Origin: Balanoglossus misakiensis
Lineage: Eukaryota > Animalia > Hemichordata
Direction: 5' to 3'
Length of the DNA stretch: 64,000 nt
Assembly: GCA_040954595.2 (NCBI GenBank)
Contig: CM082589.2
Coordinates: forward strand, 9,808,894-9,872,893
Below the pieces are notes generated by a model. That model worked only from the letters and a program-made list of their open reading frames with translations, was not told the DNA's origin and ran no database searches. Shown here one piece after another: positions 1 through 13,400 of this stretch (positions within the stretch are counted from its first letter, which is position 1; each line of letters begins with the position of its first letter). A program made the position numbers and the translations under genes.

Positions 1-1433
1 AGTTCCATCTGTTAATGTAACAATTGGGTTCGTTGAGTAATATTCTTGTCTTTTTTGTTAGAGATTTTTTATATATAAACAATTACAAATCCAATGATGG
101 CAATAGGATCTTGTTAAATATGAGCTCTACGTTGATTTTTTATTGACAAATCCTATGTTGTTCATTTTCAGAAACTCAAACAGCTTCAGTCCTCCCTGAC
201 ATCGGTTGACTGGCCTGAAGAGGACAAGGAGAAAATTAAACGCGTACTAACAGCTGAGTATATCTCCTCGGAAGAGAGCGATTTTGATGATGAGGGGAAG
301 ATCAAGCAATACATAAGACGTCCTCTGACCTGGGAAAGGAAAAAGTTGCGTAAAAGCAAAAAACAGTTAATGGACATTTATTTAAAATCTCTATCGGCAA
401 AGCAGCGCCAGCTTCGCCTTCCCAGGTCAGATGGACCCCCCTCTTCCAGGGAGCGGCCTGACTACCCAGAGGATTGGGCAGTCAGGGTTGCGTCTGGGTT
501 AAGTCCAGATGATTCTGCGTCTTCTTCTGGAACCACAGGTTCTCTGGAGGAGGGATGTACTAGTCCCCACTGATTGATATTGTACTTCATTTTATAATGT
601 GTTTATTTATTTTGTTTTTCTATTTTTAACTAAATATTTCTACTTGACTTTTCATTTTTAATGACATTTGAAATTACTTTAGAATTGTTTTTACTTGTGT
701 TTGTGATTTTTATTTAAGTTCGTATTTTAGTTCGTAAAGGTTATTCTTTCAGTTTTTTTACTTTCTAGTTTAATAAATTTTTCATTATATTGTAAATAGT
801 AGTACTTATAGTAATAAAAAATCATAGAATTCATGACAATGTCCCACTGCATGTATATATATAGCTTGTGTATGTGTGATCTATTTGACGGTGGTGGAGT
901 GTACTGGTACATGTGCAGGAATGAAAAGATTGGCTGAAGACAAAGCTGGCCACAGAAAAGAACTATCACTAACATATATTCTACCCTTTAGTTATACATG
1001 AAACAATAAGTGTACTGGACAAAGGAGGTATAAGTCTTTCATTGTTAATGACACTTATTCCCCCAACATTCGTAAACTCACTGTGGATAAAGTGAATATT
1101 CCAAAAGGAGAAATGAGAATCAGAAGCCAAAGCAAATATTCTGATCATTCTGACATAAAGCTGTATAAACGTGACGCTAGGTGTATAGAAATTCATCCTT
1201 TTATTCACCTTTATTAGAATGCATAAATGTGATGCAAGGTGTACATGAATTATTCACCCTTATGAGAGTGCATAAAGGTGATTATTTGTGGTAAGCCATT
1301 ATACCAATTTATAGAGTTGCATAAAGATGTATAAATGAATATCTTTATGCTGCATAAAGATGATTGCAAGAACAGCTTTAATCATATTTATACCAACTTT
1401 AAGCATTGCATAAACCTGGGCTTTCATCCTGTG
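1..1433 (+). mobile_element. Right arm of an EnSpm/CACTA-like DNA transposon
   Basis: Ends ...ctttcatcctgtg (reverse complement CACAGGATGAAAG, CAC terminus). It is preceded by ~300 bp (about 1150-1420) of degenerate gcataaag/ctttat subterminal repeats in both orientations and carries the DUF4616-like exon. The left end and TSD are not in the window. Confidence 0.55.
172..573 (+). CDS. Terminal exon of a C14orf93/DUF4616-like protein, probably the accessory gene of the EnSpm-like element; upstream exons lie outside the window
   Basis: Acceptor ttcattttcag ends at 171. The frame is open from 172 to TGA 571-573: KLKQLQSSLTSVDWPEEDKEKIKRVLTAEYISSEESDFDDEGKIKQYIRRPLTWERKKL...PPSSRERPDYPEDWAV. The Y-x-S-S-E-E-S ... 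RPLxW ... SxRxxP..xWAV pattern resembles this TE-associated family (recognised by eye). Confidence 0.65.
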   Translation, partial: KLKQLQSSLTSVDWPEEDKEKIKRVLTAEYISSEESDFDDEGKIKQYIRRPLTWERKKLRKSKKQLMDIYLKSLSAKQRQLRLPRSDGPPSSRERPDYPEDWAVRVASGLSPDDSASSSGTTGSLEEGCTSPH

Positions 1434-4400
1434 GTTCTTATGCGCATAGGCCTATCTATGTGTTATGCGCATCACAACAGAAATCGGTAAATAAACGAGG
1501 CTGTATTTGGAAGCAACCATGAAATTTTACAACTATCCGTCGATCTACAGAGTCTGGTGGAAAACTTCCTTATGCGCATAGACCTATTACGTGTTCTGCG
1601 CCTCACAACAGAATTCGGTAAATAAACGAGGCTGTTTGGAAGCAACCATGGACATTGTACAACTATCCGTCGATCTACAGAGTCTAGTGGAAAACGTTCT
1701 TATGCGCATAGGCCTATCTATGTGTTATGCGCATCACAACAGAAATCGGTAAATAAACGAGGCTGTATTTGGAAGCAACCATGAAATTTTACAACTATCC
1801 GTCGATCTACAGAGTCTGGTGGAAAACTTCCTTATGCGCATATACCTATTACGTGTTCTGCGCCTCACAACAGAATTCGGTAAATAAACGAGGCTGTTTG
1901 GAAGCAACCATGGACATTGTACAACTATCCGTCGATCTACAAAGTCTAGTGGAAAACGTTCTTATGCGCATAGGCCTATCTATGTGTTATGCGCATCACA
2001 ACAGAAATCGCTAAATAAACGAGGCTGTATTTGGAAGCAACCATGAAATTTTACAACTATCCGTCGATCTACAGAGTCTAGTGGAAAAATGTCTCATGCG
2101 CATAGGCCTATCATGTGTTCTGCGCCTCACAACAGAAATCGGTAAATAAACGAGGCTGTTTGGAAGCAACCATGGAAATTTTACAGCTATCCGTCGATCT
2201 ACATAGTCTAGTGGAAACGTTCTTATGCGCATAGGCCTATATATGTGTTCTGCGCATCACAACAGAATTTTGTAAACAAACGAGGCTGTGTTTGGTAGCA
2301 ACCATGGACATTTTAGAACTATCTCTCGATCTACAGAGTCTATAGTGGAAAACTTTCTTATGCACATATGCCTATCTATGTGTTCTGCGCCTCACAAAAG
2401 AATTCGGTAAATAAACGAGGCTGTTTGGAAATTTTACAACTATCCGTCGATCTACAGAGTCTAGTGGAAAACGTTATTATGCGCATAGGCCTATATATGT
2501 GTTCTGCGCATCACAACAGAATTTTGTAAACAAACGAGGCTGTGTTTGGAAGCAACCATGGACATTTTAGAACTATCTCTCGATCTACAGAGTCTATAGT
2601 GGAAAACTTTCTTATGCACATATGCCTATCTATGTGTTCTGCGCCTCACAACAGAATTCAGTAAATAAACGAGGCTGTTTGGAAGCAACCATGGAAATTT
2701 TACAACTATCCGTCGATCTACAGAGTCTAGTGGAAAACGTTATTATGCGCATAGGCCTATATATGTGTTCTGCGCATCACAACAGAATTTTGTAAACAAA
2801 CGAGGCTGTGTTTGGAAGCAACCATGGAAATTTTAGAACTATCTCTCGATCTACAGAGTCTAGTGGAAAACTTTATTATGCACATATGCCTATCTATGTG
2901 TTCTGCGCATCACAACAGAAATCGGTAAATAAACGAGGCTGTTTGGAAGCAACCATGGAAATTTTACAGCTATCCGTCGATCTACAGAGTCTAGTGGAAA
3001 CGTTCTTATGCGCATAGGCCTATATATGTGTTCTGCGCCTCACAACAGAATTTTGTAAACAAACGAGGCTGTGTTTGGTAGCAACCATGGACATTTTAGA
3101 ACTATCTCTCGATCTACAGAGTCTATAGTGGAAAACTTTCTTATGCACATATGCCTATCTATGTGTTCTGCGCCTCACAACAGAATTCGGTAAATAAACG
3201 AGGCTGTTTGGAAGCAACCATGGAAATTTTACAACTATCCGTCGATCTACAGAGTCTAGTGGAAAACGTTATTATGCGCATAGGCCTATATATGTGTTCT
3301 GCGCATCACAACAGAATTTTGTAAACAAACGAGGCTTTGTTTGGAAGCAACAATGGAAATTTTAGAACTATCTCTCGATCTACAGAGTATAGTGGAAAAC
3401 GTTCATATGCGCATATGCTATCATGTGTTATGCACATCACAACATAATTTTGTAAACAAACGAGGCTTTGTTTGGAAGCAACATTGGAAATTTTAGAACT
3501 ATCTGTCGATCTACGGAGTATAGTGGAAAACGTTCATATGCGCATAGGCCTATATATGTGTTCTGCGCATCACAACAGAATTTTGTAAATGAACGAGGCT
3601 GTGTTTGGAAACAACCATGGAAATTTTAGAACTATCTCTCGATCTAAAGTTGAAAAGTTTCTTATGCGCATAGGCCTATTACGTGTTCTGCGCCTCACAA
3701 CAGAATTCGGTAAATAAACGAGGCTGTTTGGAAGCAACAATGGAAATTTTAGAACTATCCGTCGATCTACGGAGTATAGTGGAAAACGTTCATATGCGCA
3801 TAGGCCTATATATGTGTTCTGCGCATCACAACAGAATTTTGTAAACAATCGAGGATGTGTTTGGAAGCAATCATGGAAATTTTAGAACTATCCGTCGATC
3901 TACAGAGTCTAGTGGGAAACTTTCTTATGCGCATAGGCATATGTATGTGTTCAGCGCATCACAACAGAATTTTGTAAATGAACGAGGCTGTGTTTGGAAA
4001 CAACCATGGAAATTTTAGAACTATCTCTCGATCTACAGAGTCTAGTGGAAAACTTTATTATGCACATAGGCCTATCTATGTATTATGCGCATCACAACAG
4101 AAATCGGTAAATAAACGAGGCTGTATTTGGAAGCAACCATGTAAATTTTACAACTATCCGTCGATCTACAGAGTCTGGTGGAAAACTTTCTTATGCGCAT
4201 AGGCCTATTACGTGTTCTGCGCCTCACAACAGAAATCGGTAAATAAACGAGGCTGTTTGGAAGCAACCATGTAAATTTTAGAACTATCCGTCGATCTACA
4301 GAGTCTAGTGGAAAAACGTTCATGTGCGCATAGGCCTATCATGTGTTATGCACATCACAACAGAATTTTGTAAACAAACGAGGCTTTGTTTGGAAGCAAC

Positions 4401-7400
4401 AATGGAAATTTTAGAACTATCTGTCGATCTACGGAGTATAGTGGAAAACATTCATATGCGCATAGGCCTATATATGTGTTCTGCGCATCACAACAGAATT
4501 TTGTAAACAATCGAGGATGTGTTTGGAAGCAATCATGGAAATTTTAGAACTATCCGTCGATCTACAGAGTCTAGTGGGAAACTTTCTTATGCGCATAGGC
4601 ATATGTATGTGTTCTGCGCATCACAACAGAAATCGGTAAATAAACGAGGCTGTTTGGAAGCAACCATGGAAATTTTACAACTATCCGTCGATCTACAGAG
4701 TCTGGTGGAAAACTTTCTTATGCGCATAGGCCTATTACGTGCTCTGCGCCTCACAACAGAATTCGGTAAATAAACGAGGCTGTTTGGAAGCAACCATGGA
4801 ACTTTTAGAACTATCCGTCGATCTACAGAGTCTAGTGGAAAAATGTCTTATGCGCATAGGCCTATCATGTGTTCTGTGCCTCACAACAGAAATCGGTAAA
4901 TAAACGAGGCTGTTTGGAAGCAACCATGGAAATTGTACAACTATCCGTCGATCTACAAAGTCTAGTGGAAAACGTTCTTATGCGCATAGGCCTATCTATG
5001 TGTTATGCGCATCACAACAGAAATCGCTAAATAAACGAGGCTGTATTTGGAAGCAACCATGAAATTTTACAACTATCCGTCGATCTACAGAGTCTAGTGG
5101 AAAAATGTCTCATGCGCATAGGCCTATCATGTGTTCTGCGCCTCACAACAGAATTCGGTAAATAAACGAGGCTGTTTGGAAGCAACCATGGAAATTTTAC
5201 AACTATCCGTCGATCTACAGAGTCTAGTGGAAAACGTTATTATGCGCATAGGCCTATATATGTGTTCTGCGCATCACAACAGAATTTTGTAAACAAACGA
5301 GGCTGTGTTTGGAAGCAATCATGGACATTTTAGAACTAACTCTCGATCTACAGAGTCTATAGTGGAAAACTTTCTTATGCACATATGCCTATCTAAGTGT
5401 TCTGCGCCTCACAACAGAATTCGGTAAATAAACGAGGCTGTTTGGAAGCAACCATGGAAATTTTACAACTATCCGTCGATCTACAGAGTCTAGTGGAAAA
5501 CGTTATTATGCGCATAGGCCTATATATGTGTTCTGCGCATCACAACAGAATTTTGTAAACAAACGAGGCTGTGTTTGGAAGCAACCATGGAAATTTTAGA
5601 ACTATCTCTCGATCTACAGAGTCTAGTGGAAAACTTTATTATGCACATATGCCTATCTATGTGTTCTGCGCATCACAACAGAAATCGGTAAATAAACGAG
5701 GCTGTTTGGAAGCAACCATGGAAATTTTACAACTATCCGTCGATCTACAGAGTCTGGTGGAAAACTTTCTTATGCGCATAGGCCTATTACGTGCTCTGCG
5801 CCTCACAACAGAATTCGGTAAATAAACGAGGCTGTTTGGAAGCAACCATGGAAATTTTAGAACTATCCGTCGATCTACAGAGTCTAGTGGAAAAATGTCT
5901 TATGCGCATAGGCCTATCATGTGTTCTGTGCCTCACAACAGAAATCGGTAAATAAACGAGGCTGTTTGGAAGCAACCATGGAAATTGTACAACTATCCGT
6001 CGATCTACAGAGTCTGGTGGAAAACTTCCTTATGCGCATAGGCCTATCTATGTGTTATGCGCATCACAACAGAAATCGGTAAATAAACGAGGCTGTATTT
6101 GGAAGCAACCATGAAATTTTACAACTATCCGTCGATCTACAGAGTCTGGTGGAAAACTTCCTTATGCGCATAGACCTATTACGTGTTCTGCGCCTCACAA
6201 CAGAATTCGGTAAATAAACGAGGCTGTTTGGAAGCAACCATGGACATTGTACAACTATCCGTCGATCTACAAAGTCTAGTGGAAAACGTTCTTATGCGCA
6301 TAGGCCTATCTATGTGTTATGCGCATCACAACAGAAATCGCTAAATAAACGAGGCTGTATTTGGAAGCAACCATGAAATTTTACAACTATCCGTCGATCT
6401 ACAGAGTCTAGTGGAAAAATGTCTCATGCGCATAGGCCTATCATGTGTTCTGCGCCTCACAACAGAAATCGGTAAATAAACGAGGCTGTTTGGAAGCAAC
6501 CATGGAAATTTTACAGCTATCCGTCGATCTACAGAGTCTAGTGGAAACGTTCTTATGCGCATAGGCCTATATATGTGTTCTGCGCATCACAACAGAATTT
6601 TGTAAACAAACGAGGCTGTGTTTGGTAGCAACCATGGACATTTTAGAACTATCTCTCGATCTACAGAGTCTATAGTGGAAAACTTTCTTATGCACATATG
6701 CCTATCTATGTGTTCTGCGCCTCACAACAGAATTCGGTAAATAAACGAGGCTGTTTGGAAGCAACCATGGAAATTTTACAACTATCCGTCGATCTACAGA
6801 GTCTAGTGGAAAACGTTATTATGCGCATAGGCCTATATATGTGTTCTGCGCATCACAACAGAATTTTGTAAACAAACGAGGCTGTGTTTGGAAGCAACCA
6901 TGGACATTTTAGAACTATCTCTCGATCTACAGAGTCTATAGTGGAAAACTTTCTTATGCACATATGCCTATCTATGTGTTCTGCGCCTCACAACAGAATT
7001 CGGTAAATAAACGAGGCTGTTTGGAAGCAACCATGGAAATTTTACAACTATCCGTCGATCTACAGAGTCTAGTGGAAAACGTTATTATGCGCATAGGCCT
7101 ATCTATGTGTTATGCGCATCACAACAGAAATCGGTAAATAAACGAGGCTGTATTTGGAAGAAACCATGAAATTTTACAACTATCCGTCGATCTACAGAGT
7201 CTGGTGGAAAACTTCCTTATGCGCATAGACCTATTACGTGTTCTGCGCCTCACAACAGAATTCGGTAAATAAACGAGGCTGTTTGGAAGCAACCATGGAC
7301 ATTGTACAACTATCCGTCGATCTACACAGTCTAGTGGAAAACGTTCTTATGCGCATAGGCCTATCTATGTGTTATGCGCATCACAACAGAAATCGCTAAA

Positions 7401-10400
7401 TAAACGAGGCTGTATTTGGAAGCAACCATGAAATTTTACAACTATCCGTCGATCTACAGAGTCTAGTGGAAAAATGTCTCATGCGCATAGGCCTATCATG
7501 TGTTCTGCGCCTCACAACAGAAATCGGTAAATAAACGAGGCTGTTTGGAAGCAACCATGGAAATTTTACAGCTATCCGTCGATCTACAGAGTCTAGTGGA
7601 AACGTTCTTATGCGCATAGGCCTATATATGTGTTCTGCGCATCACAACAGAATTTTGTAAACAAACGAGGCTGTGTTTGGTAGCAACCATGGACATTTTA
7701 GAACTATCTCTCGATCTACAGAGTCTATAGTGGAAAACTTTCTTATGCACATATGCCTATCTATGTGTTCTGCGCCTCACAACAGAATTCGGTAAATAAA
7801 CGAGGCTGTTTGGAAGCAACCATGGAAATTTTACAACTATCCGTCGATCTACAGAGTCTAGTGGAAAACGTTATTATGCGCATAGGCCTATATATGTGTT
7901 CTGCGCATCACAACAGAATTTTGTAAACAAACGAGGCTGTGTTTGGAAGCAACCATGGACATTTTAGAACTATCTCTCGATCTACAGAGTCTATAGTGGA
8001 AAACTTTCTTATGCACATATGCCTATCTATGTGTTCTGCGCCTCACAACAGAATTCGGTAAATAAACGAGGCTGTTTGGAAGCAACCATGGAAATTTTAC
8101 AACTATCCGTCGATCTACAGAGTCTAGTGGAAAACGTTATTATGCGCATAGGCCTATATATGTGTTCTGCGCATCACAACAGAATTTTGTAAACAAACGA
8201 GGCTGTGTTTGGAAGCAACCATGGAAATTTTAGAACTATCTCTCGATCTACAGAGTCTAGTGGAAAACTTTATTATGCACATATGCCTATCTATGTGTTC
8301 TGCGCATCACAACAGAAATCGGTAAATAAACGAGGCTGTTTGGAAGCAACCATGGAAATTTTACAGCTATCCGTCGATCTACAGAGTCTAGTGGAAACGT
8401 TCTTATGCGCATAGGCCTATATATGTGTTCTGCGCATCACAACAGAATTTTGTAAACAAACGAGGCTGTGTTTGGTAGCAACCATGGACATTTTAGAACT
8501 ATCTCTCGATCTACAGAGTCTATAGTGGAAAACTTTCTTATGCACATATGCCTATCTATGTGTTCTGCGCCTCACAACAGAATTCGGTAAATAAACGAGG
8601 CTGTTTGGAAGCAACCATGGAAATTTTACAACTATCCGTCGATCTACAGAGTCTAGTGGAAAACGTTATTATGCGCATAGGCCTATATATGTGTTCTGCG
8701 CATCACAACAGAATTTTGTAAACAAACGAGGCTGTGTTTGGAAGCAACCATGGAAATTTTAGAACTATCTCTCCATCTACAGAGTCTAGTGGAAAACTTT
8801 ATTATGCACATATGCCTATCTATGTGTTCTGCGCATCACAACAGAAATCGGTAAATAAACGAGGCTGTTTGGAAGCAACCATGGAAATTTTACAACTATC
8901 CGTCGATCTACAGAGTCTGGTGGAAAACTTTCTTATGCGCATAGGCCTATTACGTGCTTTGCGCCTCACAACAGAATTCGGTAAATAAACGAGGCTGTTT
9001 GGAAGCAATCATGGAAATTTTAGAACTATCCGTCGATCTACAGAGTCTAGTGGGAAACTTTCTTATGCGCATAGGCATATGTATGTGTTCAGCGCATCAC
9101 AACAGAATTTTATAAATGAACGAGGCTGTGTTTGGAAACAACCATGGAAATTTTACAACTATCCGTCGATCTACGGAGTCTGGTGGAAAACTTTCTTATG
9201 CGCATAGGCCTATCATGTGTTCTGCGCCTCACAACAGAAATCGGTAAATAAACGAGGCTGTTTGGAAGCAACCATGGACATTTTAGAACTATCTCTCGAT
9301 CTACAGAGTCTATAGTGGAAAACTTTCTTATGCACATATGCCTATCTATGTGTTATGCGCATCACAACAGAAATCGGTAAATAAACGAGGCTGTATTTGG
9401 AAGCAATCATGAAATTTTACAACTATCCGTCGATCTACAGAGTCTGGTGGAAAACTTCCTTATGCGCATACACCTATTACGTGTTCTGCGCCTCACAACA
9501 GAATTCGGTAAATAAACGAGGCTGTTTGGAAGCAACCATGGAAATTTTACAACTATCCGTCGATCTACAGAGTCTGGTGGAAAACTTTCTTATGCGCATA
9601 GGCCTATTACGTGCTCTGCGCCTCACAACAGAATTCGGTAAATAAACGAGGCTGTTTGGAAGCAATCATGGAAATTTTAGAACTATCCGTCGATCTACAG
9701 AGTCTAGTGGGAAACTTTCTTATGCGCATAGGCATATGTATGTGTTCAGCGCATCACAACAGAATTTTATAAATGAACGAGGCTGTGTTTGGAAACAACC
9801 ATGGAAATTTTACAACTATCCGTCGATCTACGGAGTCTGGTGGAAAACTTTCTTATGCGCATAGGCCTATCATGTGTTCTGCGCCTCACAACAGAAATCG
9901 GTAAATAAACGAGGCTGTTTGGAAGCAACCATGGACATTTTAGAACTATCTCTCGATCTACAGAGTCTATAGTGGAAAACTTTCTTATGCACATATGCCT
10001 ATCTATGTGTTATGCGCATCACAACAGAAATCGGTAAATAAACGAGGCTGTATTTGGAAGCAATCATGAAATTTTACAACTATCCGTCGATCTACAGAGT
10101 CTGGTGGAAAACTTCCTTATGCGCATAGACCTATTACGTGTTCTGCGCCTCACAACAGAATTCGGTAAATAAACGATGCTGTTTGGAAGCAACCATGGAA
10201 ATTGTACAACTATCCGTCGATCTACAGAGTCTATAGTGGAAAACTTTCTTATGCACATATGCCTATCTATGTGTTCTGCGCCTCACAACAGAATTCGGTA
10301 AATAAACGAGGCTGTTTGGAAGCAACCATGGAAATTTTACAACTATCCGTCGATCTACAGAGTCTAGTGGAAAACGTTATTATGCGCATAGGCCTATATA

Positions 10401-13400
10401 TGTGTTCTGCGCATCACAACAGAATTTTGTAAACAAACGAGGCTGTGTTTGGAAGCAACCATGGAAATTTTAGAACTATCTCTCGATCTACAGAGTCTAG
10501 TGGAAAACTTTATTATGCACATATGCCTATCTATGTGTTCTGCGCATCACAACAGAAATCGGTAAATAAACGAGGCTGTTTGGAAGCAACCATGGAAATT
10601 TTACAGCTATCCGTCGATCTACAGAGTCTAGTGGAAACGTTCTTATGCGCATAGGCCTATATATGTGTTCTGCGCATCACAACAGAATTTTGTAAACAAA
10701 CGAGGCTGTGTTTGGTAGCAACCATGGACATTTTAGAACTATCTCTCGATCTACAGAGTCTATAGTGGAAAACTTTCTTATGCACATATGCCTATCTATG
10801 TGTTCTGCGCCTCACAACAGAATTCGGTAAATAAACGAGGCTGTTTGGAAGCAACCATGGAAATTTTAGAACTATCTCTCGATGTACAGAGTCTATAGTG
10901 GAAAACTTTATTATGCACATATGCCTATCTATGTGTTCTGCGCATCACAACAGAAATCGGTAAATAAACGAGGCTGTTTGGAAGCAACCATGGAAATTTT
11001 ACAGCTATCCGTCGATCTACAGAGTCTAGTGGAAACGTTCTTATGCGCATAGGCCTATATATGTGTTCTGCGCATCACAACAGAATTTTGTAAACAAACG
11101 AGGCTGTGTTTGGTAGCAACCATGGAAATTTTACAACTATCTCTCGATCTGCAGAGTCTATAGTGGAAAACTTTCTTATTCACATATGCCTATCTATGTG
11201 TTCTGCGCCTCAAAACAGAATTCCGCAAATAAACGAGGCTGTTTGGAAGCAAACATGGAAGTTTTAGAACTATCTCTCGATCTACAGTGTATAGTGGAAA
11301 ACGTTCATATGCGCATAGGCCTATCTATGTGTTCTGCGCATCACAACAGAATTTTGTAAACAATCGAGGATGTGTTTGGAAGCAATCATGGAAATTTTAG
11401 AACTATTCGTCGATCTACGGAGTCTAGTGGAAAACTTTCTTATGCGCATAGGCCTATCATGTGTTCTGCGCCTCACAACAGAAATCGGTAAATAAACGAG
11501 GCTGTTTGGAAGCAACCATAGAAATTTTACAGCTATCCGTCGATCTACAGAGTCTAGTGGAAACGTTCTTATGCGCATAGGCCTATATATGTGTTCTGCG
11601 CATCACAACAGAATGTTGTAAACAAACGAGGCTGTGTTTGGTAGCAACCATGGACATTTTAGAACTATCTCTCGATCTACAGAGTCTATAGTGGAAAACT
11701 TTCTTATGCACATATGCCTATCTATGTGTTCTGCGCCTCACAACAGAATTCGGTAAATAAACGAGGCTGTTTGGAAGCAACCATGGAAATTTTACAACTA
11801 TCCGTCGATCTACAGAGTCTAGTGGAAAACGTTATTATGCGCATAGGCCTATATATGTGTTCTGCGCATCACAACAGAATTTTGTAAACAAACGAGGCTG
11901 TGTTTGGAAGCAACCATGGACATTTTAGAACTATCTCTCGATCTACAGAGTCTATAGTTGGAAACTTTCTTATGCACATAGGCCTATCTATGTGTTCTGT
12001 GCCTCACAACAGAATTCGGTAAATAAACGAGGCTGTTTGGAAGCAACCATGGAAATTTTAGAACTATCCGTCGATCTACAGAGTCTAGTGGAAAACGTTC
12101 TTATGCGCATAGGCCTATATATGTGTTCTGCGCATCACAACAGAATTTTGTAAACAAACGAGGCTGTGTTTGAAAGCAACCATGGAAATTTTAGAACTAT
12201 CTCTCGATGTACAGAGTCTATAGTGGAAAACTTTCTTATGCACATATGCCTATCTATGTGTTCTGCGCCTCAAAACAGAATTCCGTAAATAAACGAGGCT
12301 GTTTGGAAGCAAACATGGAAATTTTAGAACTAACTCTCGATCTACAGAGTATAGTGGAAAACGTTCATATGCGCATAGGCCTATCTATGTGTTCTGCGCA
12401 TCACAACAGAATTTTGTAAACAAACCAGGCTTTGTTTGGAAGCAACCATGGACATTTTAGAACTATTCGTCGATCTACGGAGTCTAGTGGAAAACTTTCT
12501 TATGCGCATAGGCATATGTATGTGTTCTACGCATCACAACAGAATTCGGTAAATAAACGAGGCTGTTTGGAAACAACCATGGAAATTTTTGAACTATCCG
12601 TTGATCTAAAGTTGAAAAGTTTTTTATGCGCATAGGCCTATCTATGTGTTCTGCGCCTCACAACAGAAATCGGTAAATAAACGAGGCTGTTTGGAAGCAA
12701 CCATGGAAATTTTACAACTATCTCTCGATCTACAGAGTCTATAGTGGAAAACTTTCTTATTCACATATGCCTATCTATGTGTTCTGCGCCTCAAAACAGA
12801 ATTCCGCAAATAAACGAGGCTGTTTGGAAGCAAACATGGAAGTTTTAGAACTATCTCTCGATCTACAGTGTATAGTGGAAAACGTTCATATGCGCATAGG
12901 CCTATCTATGTGTTCTGCGCATCACAACAGAATTTTGTAATCAATCGAGGATGTGTTTGGAAGCAATCATGGAAATTTTAGAACTATCCGTCGATCTACA
13001 GAGTCTAGTGGGAAACGTTCATATGCGCATAGGCCTATCTATGTGTTCTGCGCATCACAACAGAATTTTGTAAACAAACCAGGCTTTGTTTGGAAGCAAC
13101 CATGGACATTTTAGAACTATTCGTCGATCTACGGAGTCTAGTGGAAAACTTTCTTATGCGCATAGGCATATGTATGTGTTCTACGCATCACAACAGAATT
13201 CGGTAAATAAACGAGGCTGTTTGGAAACAACCATGGAAATTTTTGAACTATCCGTTGATCTAAAGTTGAAAAGTTTTTTATGCGCATAGGCCTATCTATG
13301 TGTTCTGCGCCTCACAACAGAAATCGGTAAATAAACGAGGCTGTTTGGAAGCAACCATGGAAATTTTACAACTATCTCTCGATCTACAGAGTCTATAGTG

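Noticed and set aside
1495-1520. CENP-B box-like TTTGGAAGC in the monomer
   Set aside because: It lacks the essential TTCG and CGGG positions of the CENP-B box.
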